A stretch of 64,000 bases of DNA, taken from positions 434,001 to 498,000 of the forward strand of contig OY740795.1 in assembly GCA_963514005.1 (NCBI GenBank), read 5' to 3'. The notes beneath the pieces were generated by a model. The model made no database searches, was not told the DNA's origin, and saw only the letters and a list, made by a program, of their open reading frames with translations. This DNA is from Raja brachyura. Lineage: Eukaryota. The position numbers and the translations under genes are program-made. Below, piece by piece: positions 1 to 14,359 of this stretch (position 1 is its first letter; the number at the start of each line of letters is the position of its first letter).

Positions 1-99
1 TTTCGTGCCCTCCGCTCCCAACCCTCAATCATACTCAACTGGTAATTAGAGTCTCTTCAATCTTACTATGCCAAGTCATTTCTGTTGTTGTTTTCTGTG

Positions 100-235
100 A
101 TTCCACACCGCTACTTTGAAGAATGTCGCGCATGCGTGCCGGCGGGTTCTTCACGAAATCCCTCATCGCAACTCCTCATGAAATAAAGATCAACCTTCGA
201 ACTGGTAAGTTCTCGTTCAATCTTACGAGTCTCTG
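100..235 (-). mobile_element. Possible terminal fragment of a DIRS-like (tyrosine recombinase) retrotransposon
   Basis: The motifs ctactttgaagaa...gcgcatgcg...ttcttcacg and (minus strand) agattgaacgagaacttaccagttcgaaggttgatc resemble fish DIRS terminal repeats as I recall them. No coding sequence is present. Confidence 0.35.
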
Positions 236-459
236 CCTCAGGGGGCGGTGGACGCAGGTTCACTGGATGCTTTCAAAAGAGAACTGGGTAGGGCTCTTAA
301 AAATATGTTTCCATGTTAGCATCGAATTTAAAGTTAATTGAATTTAAAGTAGAACGAGTTGATAAATCAGTCAAAATACAGAAAAGAGCGAACGCCTTTT
401 GCGACTTATTTTATTAACGCAAGAAAAGCGTGAATATGATGCTTGAAATACATCTTGAA

Positions 460-770
460 GTGTGGCGCAGATGGTAGAGCTGCTGCCTCACAGTCCCGGA
501 ATCTGGGTTGGATGGTGACGTCCAGACTGTATGTCTAGACTGTTTACTTCTTCCCTGTGTCCGCGTGCGTTTCTTCATGATCATCTGATTAACCCCCACA
601 TACCCAAGATGTGCGAGTTAGTAGGTTAATTGGCCACGGCAAATTTGCTCTTACCATATAGGAAGCAGAATAGAATGCGGAGTAAGGGGGGACCAGTGTG
701 AATGGGCGATGAATGGGTCGGCGTGGACTCGGTCGGCCCAAATACTTATTTCCACGTTGTACCTCCACAC
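460..770 (+). mobile_element. tRNA-derived SINE (degraded)
   Basis: Head gtggcgcagatggtagagctgctgcctcacag and 3' end gtcggcgtggactcggtcggccc. Related copies lie near 2530, 5090, 23905, 32635, 39045, 60885 and 62700. Confidence 0.7.
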
Positions 771-3663
771 TGAATACCGAACGTTCGCCGGTTACCTATA
801 ATTAGTTCTATGTTGAAAGATGTATCCGGTGAGACTACACAGTGAACTCTAAACCACAATGCAGCAGGTCAGAAAACGTGGGGAACGTACGCAGCGCATC
901 ATGCCATAATATACGTTGACTGAGTGTGTGATAGAATGCGCAGACACACCCACGTTTGTACGCGCATATATCACAGATAAAACATGATGCGCCTACCAGA
1001 TCGTGTTCGGGACTCGCGAATGCTCCCATCGGATAGTCACCAGATTTGTCCCCGTGACGCAGTCAATGCGATCTGTTGAAATCGGGGCCTGCGATAATAC
1101 ATAGGCAATTTGGAAAACATTTCTGGCCTTGAAATAATGTCGTGGTACTTATCACTAAAATACATTTAGAGACCGCGGGTATACACTTGGCAGTGTGGGA
1201 ATGTCATGTTTATAATGGGCATGTGAAAGGGTTGAGGTTCATGATGCGCTGAAACTGCTAGGGAACGAACTGCAAATGCAAAGATAGTTTGGAGTGATTT
1301 ACAGGGGTGCCTGTCACGATTTATTCCGAATAGCTCTGTCGTAGATGAGTCTTCATGGACTGTTCCCAGGGACGCATACAGAGGACGACATTCGAGTGCT
1401 GCTGGAAGGTCATCAACTTCGTGAAAGACGCTCTTTGGTGTGCCTGAGCTTTGTTGACCTCCCATCAAAGCGAGATGTCCGTCGGGGAATGGTTCCGCTG
1501 CAGACTGCAGGAGTGCAGCCAACGCCAAGGCTCTGTGGTGAGGACCACAGTCTAGGGTCTTTTCGCTGATGGGCATGGGGGCAGAATGTGGTGCCGTCCC
1601 CAGTCGCCCCTCAAAATAAGGGAACGGATACCACGCAAGTTGGCCACATGAGTGGCAAGGGTGGGAGGTAACATTGTGCAATTTATGTAAACAGCGTTGA
1701 ATGTATGTTTACCTTCCGAGAATGTCGGATGGGGTTTTGGAATGATCATGTATTGTAAATATTTAATTCTCGAATAAAGTATATTTTGAGATAGAAAAGC
1801 ATGACGCACTATGACTGTTTCCACAATTCACAATAATCGCAGTTGCTTTGGTCTGTGGTCCGGGTCTGTGAAGGCGGAACCATTTCCATGTAAAGACCCA
1901 GTCAAATGTTGCGATTTCTCAATTTACGGCTGCACCTCCGCAACTGCCCTGATATCCACGCCACTCCGCGAGCAAGTGAGCGAGAGTGCATTTGAATTAG
2001 CTTCCAATCTCCAATGGTTTGTTTACATGACGTACAACACGTTGTATAGTTAGCATATTCGAAAACATGATTTGTGGGCCATTGTTAGCTTACATTTTCT
2101 TTGATTTTGGAGATATATTTTGAATGTGAATCTCAATATTAATTTGACTCTGATACCCCTGGCCGCCTGAACCTGTCGGGATTATGGTCATGTTAGCCGT
2201 TGGGAGCAATAATCTATTTTGCATAAGTATATCATTTTAAATGTTAGTGAGCTGCTGATTGTTCACGTGGTGGCGGCGACGCTGAACTACACAGAGTGAA
2301 CGGTGCGCGGTCTAATAGTGTTTCCACTGGAGACTGAAAAAAACCGCATACTCCCTGACCACGAACCGAATCTGGACAGCAACGGTCTGTTCGCAGGATG
2401 CAGATCACCAGACCACTCGATATACTGCTGCTACTCATGGAAATTTCAAACCTATTTTGCCGGCTAGCTGTTTAATTGGAAGTTCAACAATCATCCTGCT
2501 GCACTCTTTATGAAAGCAAATCACTCAATTTGTCGTGGCAGTAGTGCAGCTGCTGCTTCAAAGCTTCTGAGACCCGCGATCAATCTTGTAATCAGGTGAT
2601 GTCTGAGTGGAGATTTCCGGTCTCGCTGTGACCGTGTCGGTATCGTCCAGGTGCTCTAATTCCTCCCGTATCCCAAATATGTGTGATTTTTTTAGGTTAG
2701 TAGGCCTCTGTAAACATGCACATAGTGTGTAATGAATAGATGGAAAAGTGGAATAACATGGAACGAAAGGGATCGGGTCATCGATGGTCGGTGTGGACGA
2801 GGTGGGATGAGGTACTCAGGAATTAATTTCATATGCCAAAACCTGGCAGATGAAGGGGAGTGGAACTGAAAACATTGATTGAAAATGGCTCTTTGCACAT
2901 CCTTCTCGCTTTTCTTGTATTTACTTAGTGTAGAAATCACGTGGATTTATCATTGAAAATATCAAAACATCGTAATCGTAGAATCGTGGCATCATAGAAT
3001 CTTACAGCGTGGAAACACACCCTTCGGCACAACTTGCCAACACCGGCCAACATGTTCCATCTACACCAATCCTACCTGCATGCATTTCGCCCATTTCCCT
3101 CAACATCGGTTCTATCCATGTACATATCAACGTTCTTCTTAAACTTTGTGATTATGCCTGCCTTAGCTACTACCTCCGGCAGCTCGTCCCGTACGCCAAG
3201 CCTCCTTTGTATGGAAAAACATACCATTCAGGTCTCTATTAAATCTTCCCCTCCAGTCACCTTAAATCTATGTTCTCCGTATCTCGACCCCCCTAATCTG
3301 GACAACAGACTCTGTGAGTTTACCCGATTTATTCTATTTGTGAGTATGCGCATTATGATTGTTTCGTTTAACAATCTCAGGCTTCGCACCTTCACTACCG
3401 GTTACCAGAACAAGTATGCCTTCCTTAACCACGGTTTATTCAAGCGGATGCGACAACTCTCGGGGGGAACGCTGGATTCCGGCTACGTGTATTTCAATTG
3501 GCTGAGACCCCGCTGCCCAGCCATACCTCTGACTCCATCACTGGGGGCACAGGGCAGTGGCAGAGAACATCCAGAGACAAGCAGACGCTCTTTGACTGCG
3601 AAAACCGTCCAGTTCGTGTCTCGTCAAGTGTGGAACTCGGTTAGTACAGAGTGAACGGGTAAA

Positions 3664-3709
3664 ATGCGTTTCCTCGCCATCTGTGTTGTGTGGGTATCGT
3701 TTCTGACAG
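3664..3709 (+). CDS. Leader exon of TCR Valpha/delta gene 1 (MRFLAICVVWVSFLT-)
   Basis: ATG, 15 hydrophobic codons plus 1 nt, then a gtaatt donor. The phase-1 intron 3710-3827 ends in tttacag. Confidence 0.9.
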
Positions 3710-3827
3710 GTAATTCTGGATCAATATTTTACGTTACCTTCGCCAATCTCAGTCAGGTTTTGGTTTGATAAGTGCAATCTCATGGCACTCCGCTGTCTGT
3801 TACCATCTCAATATATTTATTTTACAG

Positions 3828-4134
3828 TCACGATTCAAGGAGAATCTGTCACACAGCCACTGCCCTCGGCGACGAAGACAAAAGGAGAAGCGGTGACTTT
3901 AACCTGTAACTATGATACCACATGGAATGCATATACTTTATACTGGTACCGACAATATCCAGGCATGCAGCCCGAGTTTACTATGTTGAGAGACACCAGC
4001 AACAATGAAGACAAGGCCCAATACGCTGATACTCGTTACTCCATTGAGCTCAATACCGCGACTAAGTTCACCAGCTTGAGTATCTCAGGGCTGGATCTCA
4101 GCGACTCTGCCGTCTATTACTGCGCATTTGTGCG
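3828..4134 (+). CDS. T-cell receptor alpha/delta variable segment 1 (V exon, germline, open)
   Basis: V-set motifs ESVTQ, VTLTC-NY, LYWYRQYPG and SLSISGLDLSDSAVYYCA. In frame with the leader and followed directly by an RSS. Confidence 0.92.
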
Positions 4135-4172
4135 CACAGTGATAGAAACAAGTTAAGCCCCTTACAAAAACA
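4135..4172 (+). promoter_or_regulatory. Recombination signal sequence, 23-type with 22-bp spacer
   Basis: CACAGTG (4135-4141) + 22 nt + ACAAAAACA (4164-4172). Confidence 0.92.
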
Positions 4173-6744
4173 TCGCCTTTGCCTTGCTGCCTGCTCAGCT
4201 GATGCGGTTGGACGTGCCTGCTTTCATGTACTCTCTCCGTTGTCAGTTGCTTTCATTCTGTGCAGGTGTCCTGGTGGTTTTATTCTTTCCAACTGCGAGC
4301 TGCTTCTTCAGAATCCGGTTCCATATCATTAGCCGCTAGCCGCAGTGAATTACAAGAGCTCTTACGACACTTGGCAGCGGGATAGGAAATGTGACCAGAG
4401 ATCTGAAACGTTTGTTCTGTTTCACTCTCTCTCGGACTTGGATAACCTGTTTAATAACTGCACAATGTTCTCTTTTATTTATAGAACCGAGGGTGTCACT
4501 GGATGGAGGATTGGCTGGCCCCGAGTTGTCAGAATTACGTTAACCAATTCCACTTAACCGACAACCTGACAGACTTTCTAATTTCAGGATCTGGTTGGAA
4601 TTCACTGAGAGCAGCAACATCGTCAGTGACGCGGGAAGAATAGGAAGTCTATATACCAAAATATACTACTGCAAATGGAGGATCAGCAGTAATGCAGATG
4701 GGTATTTCACCATTGGGCCCTGCGGAGTAATCCAGATCTGAGTCGCTGGATATATCACTGGACACCAGATGCTTAGCTACAACAACTGCTAAAGTAAATC
4801 CCCTGATGGATGTCCACGTGAGGGCAGTAAAATTAAACACTTCAAATACGCCTGGCGGCTCTCCCAATGGGCGACTGCACAAATGTGCAAATATCTTAAA
4901 ACAGTAATTACTGTTTTTGCTCAATGAGCCGGTGCTGGATTACTTTACTGCATCGCAATAGTCCGGGAATTCCTCCACAACGGCAACATGACAACGCCTT
5001 CACTACCAGGTTGTTCCAGATCATAGCTCTACTATACTCCCTCGAGGGACTTCGCAAAAAGGATAGGTTGAGCAGGTTAGGATAACATTAGGCAGCATAG
5101 TGTCGTAGCTGTAGAGTTGCTCCCTACACTGTCAGAGACCAGGGTTAGAACCTGAGTGCTGTGCTGTCAGTAACGATTTTGCACGTTCTCACGATTGGAC
5201 AAGATGGCGGCACCTCGCGGCAGCGGCCTCTGCAGTCCGTCTGTGTTTTCTTTCTTTTTGTCTTGTTTGGTTTAGTTGTATATTATTTTTAACTGTGTTT
5301 ATATATGGGGGAGGGGAGGGGAGGTGAGGTGTGGGGGGGGGGGGGCTGTTAAATTTCTTCCCTGTCGGAGGACTCGACCTTTGCCCTGTCGAGTCTCCGT
5401 TGTAGTTGGGGCCTAACATCATGCAGCCGGCTGCCTCCTACCGGAATCGGCCTGGGGCTCAAGTCGCACAGCCTGCGAAGCTGTCCGAGTTCGGAGCGCG
5501 GAGCGCTGTGGTGTCACGCGGCTGCCACCCGACTTCGGAGCTTCGGCGGCTCCGGCTGCATGCCCGGTGGACGGTAACATCGGGAGCTCTCGGGTCCCTG
5601 ATGGGAGACCGCTTTTCGGAGCTCGTGCAAAGGCAACTTCTCCGCCGGAATCGGGGGGTTTAAATCGAACTGCAGCAGGGCCTTATATCGTCCGGCGAGA
5701 CTTAAACGGCCGCGGGACTTACCATCGCCCGTAGGGGCTCTAACATCAAAAAAACCTCGATCAGCTCGATGCTGCAGTTTGACTGCTTGACTGCGGGAGA
5801 AGAATAAAAGCAGAGGACAGGGTAGAGATAAGCATGTTGCCTTCCATGACAGTGAGAGGGTGTTTGGAGATTCACTGTGATGGATGTTTGTGTGGAATTG
5901 TGTTAATTGTGTATTTTGATTTTGTTGTTGTTATGACTACAGGAACGTAATTTCGTTTGAACCTATGTTTAAATGAAAATGCACGACATTCTGATTCTGA
6001 TTCTGATTCTGATTCTGATGCCTGCCTGGGTTTTCTCCGGGTGCTCCGGTGTCCTCCCAGACTCGAAATACGTACAGAAATATAGCTTATTTTTAATGTC
6101 TGTAAATTATAACTTGTCTCTAACTTGTAGTAGAGTGCTATTGTATGGGGTGATCGTTGATAAGCGCAGATTCTGTGGGACGAACGGCCTGTTTCCAAGG
6201 TGGATCTCTGATATCTTGAGCCTATATTCCTTGGGCGCAGGAGCCTGAGCGTATGAAATCATTAGCGGATTGGACAACGTGAATGCACACGTCAATCACA
6301 GTGGGAAACTTCTGCTGTATGGGAATGTTTTATGTTCGACTCTATCGTGTGTTGTGTTGTTTATTTTATTGTTTGGCTATGGTGACCACACATTTCACTG
6401 TACTATCTGCTACATGTGACAATTAAATGTACCTTGTATCTTGTATCTTGTCCTTTACCCAGAGTTGGAGAATCAAGAACAAGATAAATTAGGTTAAAGG
6501 TGAGAGGCTCCTGTTAAATATTTAACATTTGCACTTGAGAAGGTGATGGGTATCACCTCGGGTCCTTGTTCATCACTCACTAACGTAAGCATGCAGGTTC
6601 AGCAGGCAGTGAAGGAAGCTAATTGCGCGTTGGCCTTCATAACAAGAGGAATTGAGTATCGGAGCAGAGAGGTCTTCTGCAGATATCATTCGCTCCTTAG
6701 ATGCTGCTGCACCCGCTGAGTTTCTCCAGCTTTTTGTGTAACCC

Positions 6745-9700
6745 TAGAAACATATAAATTAGATGCAGGAGTAGGCCATTCGGCCCTTCGAGCCTGCACC
6801 GCCATTCAATATGATCATGGCTGATCATCCAACTCGGTATCCCGTACCTGCCTTCTCTCCATTCCCTCTGATCCCCTTAGCCACAAGGGCCACATCTAAT
6901 TCCCTCTTAAATATAGCCAATGAACTGGCCTCTACTACCCTCTGCGGCAGCTAGTTCCAGAGACCCGCCACTCTCTGCGTGAAAAAAAAGACCTTCTTAT
7001 CTCGACCCTAAAGGATTTCCCCCTTATCCTTAAGCCGTGACCCACTTTTCCTGGACCTCCCCAACATCGGAAACAATCTTCCTGCATCTAGCCTGCCAAC
7101 CCCTTAAGAATTTTGTACGTTTCTATAAGACCCCCTCTCAATCTCCTAAATTCAAGAGAGTACAAACCGAGTCTATCCAGTCTTTCTTCATAAGGCAGTC
7201 CTGACATCCCAGGAATCAGTCTGGTGAACCTTTGCTGCACTCCCTCTATGGCAATAATGTCCTTCCTCACATTTGGAGACCAGAACTGTACGCAATACTC
7301 CAGGTGTGGTGTCACCAAGACCCTATACAACTGAAGTAGAACCTCCCTGATCCTATACTCAAATCCTTTTGCTATGAAAGCTAACATACCATTCGCTTTC
7401 TTCACTGCCTGCTGCACCTGCATGCCTACTTTCAATGACTGGTGTAGCATGACACCCAGGTCGCGCTGCATCTCCCCTTTTCCTAATCGGCACCATTTAG
7501 ATAATAGTCTGCTTTCCTATGTTTGCCCTCAAAGTGGATAACCTCACATTTATCCACATTATACTGCACCTGCCAAACATTTGCCCACTCACCCAGTCTA
7601 TACAAGTCACCTTGCAGTCTCCTAGCATCCTCCTCACAGCTAACACTGCCCCCCAGCTTAGTGTCATCCGCAAATTTGGAGATACTGCCTTCAATTCCCT
7701 CATCCAGATCATTAATGTATATTGTAAATTGCTGGGGGTCCCAGCACTGAGGCTTGCGGTACCCTACTAGTCACTGCCTGCCATTGTGAAAAGGACCCGT
7801 TTACTCCTACAATTTGCTTCCTGTTTGCCAGTCAGTTCTCTATCCACATCAATACTGAACCCCCAATGCCGTATGCTTTAAGTTTGTATACTAATCTCTT
7901 ATGTGGGACCTTGTCGAAAGCCTTCTGGAAGTCCAGATACACCACATCCACTGGTTCTCCCCTATCCACGCTGCTAGTTACATCCTCGAAAAATTCCACA
8001 CGATTCGTCAGACGTGATTTACCTTTCGTAAATCCATGCTGACTTTGTCCAATGATTTGACCACTTTCCAAATGTGCTACCGATGTTAGACTAACTGGTC
8101 TGTAATTCCCCGTTTTCTCTCTCCTTCCCTTCTTAAAAAGAGGGGTTACGTTTGCTACCCGCCAACCTTCAGGAACTACTCCAGAATCTAAAGAGTTTTG
8201 AAAGATTATCACTAATGCATCCACAATTTCCGGAGCTACTTCCTTATTTACTCTGGGATGCAGCCTATCTGGACCTGGGGATTTATCGGCCTTTAATACA
8301 TTCAATTTACCCAACACCACTTCCCGACCAACCTGGATTTCACTCAATTCCTAATATGACCCTCGGTCCCGGCAGATTATTTATGTCTTCCGTAGTGTAG
8401 ACGGAACCAAAGTAGTTATTCAATTGTTCCGCCATATCCTTGTTCCCCATGATGAACTCACCTGTTTATGACTGCAAGGGACCTACATTTGTTTTTGACT
8501 AATCTCTTTCTCTTCACATATCTATAACAACTTTTGCAGTCAGTTTTTATGTTCCCTGCCAGTTTTCATTCATAATCTATTTTTCCTTTCCTAATTAAGC
8601 CCGTTGTCCTCCTCTGCTGGTCTCTGAATTTCTCCCAGTCCTCTGATATGCTGCTTTTCCTGGGTACTTTGCACGCATCATCCTTTGCTTTGATACTATC
8701 CCTGATTTCACGTGTTATCCGCGGTTGCACTACCCTCCCTAATTTATTCTTTGGCAAACTGGGATGAACAATTTTTGTACTTTATCCATGCAGTCTTTAA
8801 ATGTCTTCCATTGCGTATCCACAGTCAACCCTTTTAGAATTGATTGCCAGTCAATCTTGGCCAATTCACGTCTCATACCCTCAAAGCTACCTTTCTTTAA
8901 GTTCAGAACCATTGTTTCTGAATTAACAATGTCATTCTCCATCCTAATGAAGAACTCGACCATATTATGGTCACTCTTGCCCAAGGGGGCACGCACAACA
9001 AGACTGCTAACTAACCCTTCCTCATTACGCAATACCCAGTCTAAAATAGCCTGCTCTCTAATTGGTTCCTCTGCATGTTGATTTAGATAACTATCCCGCA
9101 TACATTCCAAAAAATCCTCTTCCTCAGCGCCCCTGCCAATTTGATTCCCCCAATCTATATGTAGATTGAAGTCACCCATTGTAACTGTTTTGCCTTTGTC
9201 GCACGCAGTTCTAATTTCCTGTTTGACACCATCCCCAACTTCACTACTACTGTTAGGTGGCCTGTACACAACACCCACCAGGGTTTTCTGCCCCTTAGTG
9301 TTTCGCAGTTCGACCCATACCGATTCCACATGCTCCAAGCTAATGTCCTTCCTTTCCATTGCGTTAATCTGCTCTCTAACCAGCAACGCTACCACACCTC
9401 CTTTTCCTTTCTCTCTATCCCTCCTGAACATTGAATATCCCTGGATGTTCAGCTCCCAGCCTTGGTCACCGTGGAGCCATGTCTCCGTGATCCCAACTAT
9501 ATCATAATCATTAATAGCTATCTGAACGTTCAACTCATCCACCTTATTACGAATACTCCTTGCATTGAGACATAAAGCCTTCAGGCTTGTTTTTACAACG
9601 CTCTTACCCCTTATACTATTATGTTGAGAAGTGGCCCATTTTGATTTTTGCCCTGGTTTTGTCTGCCTGCCACTTTTACTTTTCACCTTGCTCCCTATTG

Positions 9701-9745
9701 CTTCCACCCTCGTTTTACACCCACATGCCTCTCTGCTCTCTCGGC
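6745..9745 (-). mobile_element. CR1 LINE, near-complete ORF2 (APE endonuclease + RT), frameshifted
   Basis: ORFs 8739-9752 (LNARSIRNK, ITETW, VVYRPP, MGDFN, SDHN), 7832-8347 (NYRPVSLTS, YLDFQKAFDKVPH) and 7088-7471 ([12 protein letters not shown]). Typical 3' UTR near 6750-6900. Confidence 0.92.
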
Positions 9746-11259
9746 ATTTCAAGAGAGAGTTAGATGGAGCTTTTAAACATAGCTGAGTCAGGGGGTATGG
9801 TGAGAAGGTAGGAACGGGGCACTGAATGTGGATGATCAGCCATGATCACAGCGAATGGCGGTGCTGGCCCGAATGACCGAATGGCCTACTCCTGCACCTG
9901 TTGTCTATTGGCTATAGTTTATTGTCTACAAGGAACTAACTGCCAGAGGAGTTCGTTGAGACAGGATGAAAAATACGATTTGAAATACATTTGAGCGGGC
10001 AAATGGAAATGATTGATATTGCGGGGTGCGTGGGCAAATGGGATTACCTTGAATGGGGCATTTTGATCGGCATGGACGTTCAACCGGAGGGTCAGTTTAC
10101 GTGCTATATCATTTTATGACTTGAAACAAAGTCGCTGAATCTGACCATTGGGGGGATTGAATGGGAGATAGAAATGGAAGTGCCTTGAACAGAAATGCCA
10201 GAAAAGCTCACTGCGCCGTGTGAAAAAAGGAACCGTCCAATATATATTCCTGTCTTACTCCATTGTCCCAATTAAAATAATAGAATGTTAAATATCTGGG
10301 CCGTCAAGTCTTAATTGCAATCACAAATTGGATAAATTTGCTCCAACACTGTACTACCAGCACGTGAACAGCATGCTTCTAAGAAAATTGGGTCTGCATC
10401 TACACGATCAGTTACCCGGGCTGCATTGCACCACTCAGTGTCAGCTGCACAATGTAACATGGACTAAAATTAAGAAAATCTCAGACGTCGATTCTAATGG
10501 CATTGGTGTAAAATAGGAATATCTCAGTCCAATTTAATAGTAATCAGAATGAGTTACTTAGTGGCCTTGATTTATGCCATTAAAATCTTATTTTACCAGA
10601 GATTTACATTTCCATAAGGGGTCTTTGTGTGAAACAACAGGTACTGGGTGTGCTGCTCGATGACAATTCAACGAAGCACAGATTTCATCGGATGCAACTG
10701 TGAAGTACCAGTACTGAAAGGAACGCACCCTTGCGAGGTTAATTATATAACTGCAACGAGTTCCCTCCTTTCCCACTGAAGCAACGCAGCATCCTATTAG
10801 ATTCCATACCTATTTGAACACCCAAACAAATTATTGTCTGCCAAAACCGTCGACATTCGCTTCAAAGAGCGAACAGGATATATAGGTAAACTTTGATGGA
10901 AATTTAGCTCGCAATATTCTACAGGTCTTCTTGACTGCCCCAATGACATAACCATATATCAATATAACACCCACCCTTATGAGTTCACTCACATTAGCTG
11001 TGATAGGGAAAATAAAATATAAATTACCCGTTTACTTTAGAGACGTTCACAATATGTAAACATTCCTTTAAATAGAATCAGGGGGTAATTACCCGTATCT
11101 TCAACTACTCTCAGAATTTGGTCTGCGTCCCTTCATAAATGCACGAGTTTGTGCAGGAGCTCAGAAGCACCAGAATGCATCCACTTTATTGCAGGATAAA
11201 CATTGGATCAGTGGCATTGAACCGGCTAGCACAGCTAATGCTTGTACCTTTTACAAATG

Positions 11260-13754
11260 TAACAAGGTAGTGATTGTGGGAGATTTCAACTTTCCACACA
11301 TAGACTGGGAAACACATTCTGTAAATGGGCTGGATGGTTTGGAGTTTCTAAAATGTGTGCAGGATAGTTTTTTGCAGCAATACATAGAGGTGCCTACTAG
11401 AGGAGGGGCAGTGCTGGACCTCCTGTTAGGAAATGAGACGGGACAGGTGGCGGAGGTATGCGTAGGGGAGCACTTCGGGTCCAGTGATCACAATACCATT
11501 AGTTTCAATATAATTATGGAGAAGGACAGAACTGGGCCTAGGGTTGAGATTTTTGATTGGAGAAAGGCTAACTTTAACGAGATGCGAGATGATTTAAAAG
11601 GAGTGAACTGGGACATTTTGTTTGATGGGAAAGATGTAGAGGAGAAATGGAGGACATGTAAAGGGGAAATTTTAAGAGTACAAAATCTTTATGTTCCTGT
11701 TCGGTTGAAAGGAACCAGTAAACATTGGAAAGAGCCCTGGTTTTCAAGGGAAATTGGACATCTTGTTCGGAAAAAGAGGGAGATCTACAATAATTATAGG
11801 CAGCATGAAGTAAATGAGGTGCTTGAGGAGTATAAGGAATGTAAAAAGAATCTAAAGAAAGAAATTAGAAAAGCTAAAAGAAGATATGAGGTTGCTTTGG
11901 CAAGTAAGGTGAAAGTAAATCCAAAGGGTTTCTACAGCTATGTTAATAGCAAAAGGATAACAAGGGATAAAATTGGTCCATTGGAGAGACCGAGTGGACA
12001 GCTATCTGCAGAGCCAAAAGAGATGGGGGAGATATTGAACAATTTCTTTTCTTCGGTATTCACCAAGGAGAAGGATATTGAATTATGTGAGGTAAGGGAA
12101 AGTAGTAGAGTAGCTATGGATACTATGAGTTTCAAAGTAAAAGAAGTACTGGCACTTTTGAAAAATATAAAAGTGGATAAGTCTCCAGGTCCTGACAGGA
12201 TATTCCCTAGGACATTGAGGGAAGTTAGTGTAGAAATAGCCGGGGCTATGACAGAAATATTTCAAATGTCATTAGAAAATGGAATAGTCCCCGAGGATTG
12301 GCGTACTGCGCATGTTGTTCCATTGTTTAAAAAGGGTTCTAAAAGTAAACCTAGCAATTATAGACCGGTTAGTTTGACTTCAGTGGTGGGCAAATTAATG
12401 GAAAAGCTACTTAGAGATAATATATATAAGTACCTGGATAAAGAGGGTCTAATTAGGAACAGTCAACATGGATTGATGCCTGGAAGGTCATGTTTGACTA
12501 ATCTTCTTGAATTTTTTGAAGAGGTTACTAGGGAAATTGACGAGGGTAAAGCAGTGGATGTTGTCTATATGGACTTCAGTAAGGCCTTTGACAAGGTTCC
12601 TCATGGAAGGTTGGTTAAGAAGGTTCAACTGTTGGGTATAAATGCAGGAATAGCAAGATGGATTCAACAGTGGCTGAATGGGAGAAGCCAGAGGGTAATG
12701 GTGGATGGCTGTTTGTCGGGTTGGAGGCAGGTGACTAGTGGGGTGCCTCAGGGATCTGTGTTGGGTCCTTTGTTGTTTGTCATGTACATCAATGATCTGG
12801 ATGAAGGGGTGGTAAATTGGATTAATAAGTATGCAGATGATACCAAGATAGGGGGTGTTGTGGATAATGAAGAGGATTTCCAAAGTCTACAGAGTGATTT
12901 AGGCCAGTTGGAAAAATGGGCTGAAAGATGGCAGATGGAGTTTAATGCTGATAAATGTGAGGTGCTACACCTTGGCAGGACAAATCAAAATAGGACGTAC
13001 ATGGTAAACGGTAGGGAATTGAAGAATACAGTTGAACAGAGGGATCCGGGAATAACCGTGCATAGTTCCTTGAAGGTAGAATCTCATATAGATAGGGTGG
13101 TAAAGAAAGCTTTTGGTATGCTAGCCTTTATAAATCAGAGCATTGAGTATAGAAGCTGGGATGTAATGTTAAAATTGTACAAGGCGTTGGTGAGACCAAA
13201 TCTGGAGTATGGTGTACAATTTTGGTCGCCCAATTATAGGAAGGATGTCAACAAAATAGAGAGGGTACAGAGGAGATTTACTAGAATGTTGCCTGGGTTT
13301 CAACAGCTAAGTTACAGAGATAGGTTGAATAAGTTAGGTCTTTATTCTCTGGAGCGCAGAAGGTTAAGGGGGGACTTGATAGAGGTCTTTAAAATGATGA
13401 GAGGGATAGACAGAGTTAATGTGGACAAGCTTTTCCCTTTGAGAATAGGGAAGATTCAAACAAGAGGACATGACTTTAGAATTAAGGGACAGAGGTTTAG
13501 GGGTAACATGAGGGGGAACTTCTTTACTAAGAGAGTGGTTGCGGTGTGGAATGAGCTTCCAGTGGAAGTGGTGGCGGCAGGTTCGTTGGTATCATTTAAA
13601 AATAAATTGGATAGGCATATGGATGAGAAGGGTACGGAGGGTTATGGTATGAGTGCAGGCAGGTGGGACTAAGGGAAAAAAGTTGTTCGGCACGGACTTG
13701 AAGGGCCGAGATGGCCTGTTTCCGTGCTGTAATTGTTATTGTTATATGGTTATA
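11260..13754 (+). mobile_element. Young 5'-truncated CR1 LINE with an uninterrupted ORF2 (end of APE domain, RT, C-terminus)
   Basis: ORF 11189-13672 ([37 protein letters not shown]) and a ttatatgg-type tail. The paralogous empty site is near 41680-41700. Confidence 0.93.
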
Positions 13755-14359
13755 CTTGCAAGGTAAGTCGAACGCAATAGGATACAGATTCACTAGATTG
13801 CCATCAGTAAGGTGAAGCACTTTCCTCCGTTCTTCATTGCTAGCTAACTGTTTGACTCCATTGCTCTCAGCCCGGAGTCTCCCGCGGGATCTACTAACCT
13901 CCAGGATTTGTCTCATCGTCTGTAGTTTCAACAGCAGAATAAGGAGGAACGGAAGGCAAGGGGTTTTAAAACGACGTTGCCATTCGTAAACACTCCACGG
14001 GGTTGAAGTGTAAAATACTTTGCAGAAGCAGGGTATGTTATCAAGAAGAGTCGAACAAAACGTAAGAGGGGACAATTTTGACTCCTCTAACAATGCAGGA
14101 GAACCAGCACAGAGAGGTCAGTGCGGAATGGGAGGGGGAGTTAAAGCGTTTAGCAAGCGGGAGATCAAGCAGTTTTAGACGAATTGAGCGGAGGTGTTGC
14201 CGAGGATTGTGCCTCTTAATTTACTTGCAACAGTCGAGCCCCTAGCTTAAAAAGTAACACATGTGTTTGTGAAATAAATTAGTTCATGGGACTGGAAGCA
14301 GAAAGAGAAGGTCCTGCAGATCGGACGGAGTTTGAAAGTAGCTGATAAGCTCCTTTTCA

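Larger units (their letters stand above)
313..4462 (+). repeat. Segmental duplication unit, copy A (upstream region plus TCR V gene); paralogous to 22965-25258, 26036-26914 and 32490-40640
   Basis: Long colinear similarity seen by eye, e.g. 1660-3812 vs 22965-25258 vs 38180-40000, and 560-1450 vs 26036-26914 vs 35405-36284. The ORF track shows matching spurious peptides (KAEPFPCKDPVKCCDF; GYQNKYAFLNHGLFKR). Confidence 0.9.

Noticed and set aside
3528-3545. CRE/decamer-like promoter motif upstream of the V leaders (tgac(t/g)ccatcact in all three copies)
   Set aside because: Only a partial match, and its conservation is explained by recent duplication.
3034-3654. 206-aa ORF upstream of V1
   Set aside because: Built from an antisense CR1 tail plus V upstream sequence, broken in the paralogous copies, and has no recognisable domain.
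3782-3827. ORF-track N-termini of the V genes (also 39913-40015) and of the GPCR (18228-18189)
   Set aside because: These are intron read-through. The true starts are in separate upstream exons with canonical splice sites.
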